From: a virus
Length of the DNA: 64,000 bases
Strand: one strand, 5' to 3'
Virus record (IMG/VR): IMGVR_UViG_3300035670_000108
Location: 25,048-89,047 of that record
The notes beneath the pieces are model-generated. The model searched no databases and was not told the DNA's origin. It saw nothing but the letters and a program-made list of their open reading frames with translations. Made by a program: the position numbers and the translations under genes. The number at the start of each line of letters is the position of its first letter. Position 1 is the first letter of the stretch. This document shows, in pieces, positions 63,863-64,000 of this stretch.

Positions 63863-64000
63863 TGGCGCGCATTTGGGCGGGGCTCGCTGCGGCGGGCCTC
63901 TTCCTTTTGGCCGTCCTGGGTATCTACAGCAAGGGGCGCAGTGATGCACGCGCCTCGGCTGACAAGGAGCGCCTGGAAGACCGGGTCGATCAGCAGGCCG
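63862..64000 (+). CDS. putative i-spanin (partial, runs off the window)
   Basis: MARIWAGLAAAGLFLLAVLGIYSKGRSD...: N-terminal TM after the lysin, TGATG overlap. Confidence 0.5.
   Translation, partial: MARIWAGLAAAGLFLLAVLGIYSKGRSDARASADKERLEDRVDQQA

Noticed and set aside
1-64000. tRNA/rRNA genes, integrase or IS elements
   Set aside because: None recognised by eye; a tRNAscan or HMM search would be needed to exclude them fully.

Overview
The window is 64 kb of a GC-rich, long-tailed (siphovirus-type) dsDNA phage. The gene content suggests a Pseudomonas-like host, which is an inference. The left arm (1-23.6 kb, minus strand) holds about 50 small, tightly packed early/accessory genes: HicA-like, DUF4326, HNH, an SGNH esterase, many Zn-ribbon and hypothetical proteins. 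A divergent control region lies at 23.6-24.0 kb. The right arm (plus strand) runs RdgC, terminase, portal, S49 protease with nested scaffold, capsid, neck, tail tube, a 2298-aa tape measure, tail tip and fibre modules, and lysis genes. No integrase, polymerase, tRNA or CRISPR-Cas is visible. The strongest unexplained signal is a 17-bp palindrome, CTGCAAAG-N-CTTTGCAG, seen 19 times and only between 3.3 and 23.7 kb. It mostly marks gene boundaries and is often followed by a hairpin that encloses the ribosome-binding site. One two-gene cassette is flanked by an exact 24-bp duplication of this element, and two copies sit back-to-back with no gene between them, which suggests a cassette-shuffling and/or regulatory system. 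Other notable items are a protein carrying an almost exact EF-Tu N-terminal peptide, a candidate RsmY/RsmZ-like sponge sRNA, a complete sigma54/IHF/enhancer promoter layout, and a Gp88/DNA-methyltransferase fusion scar. All protein calls come from motif recognition by eye, not from database searches.
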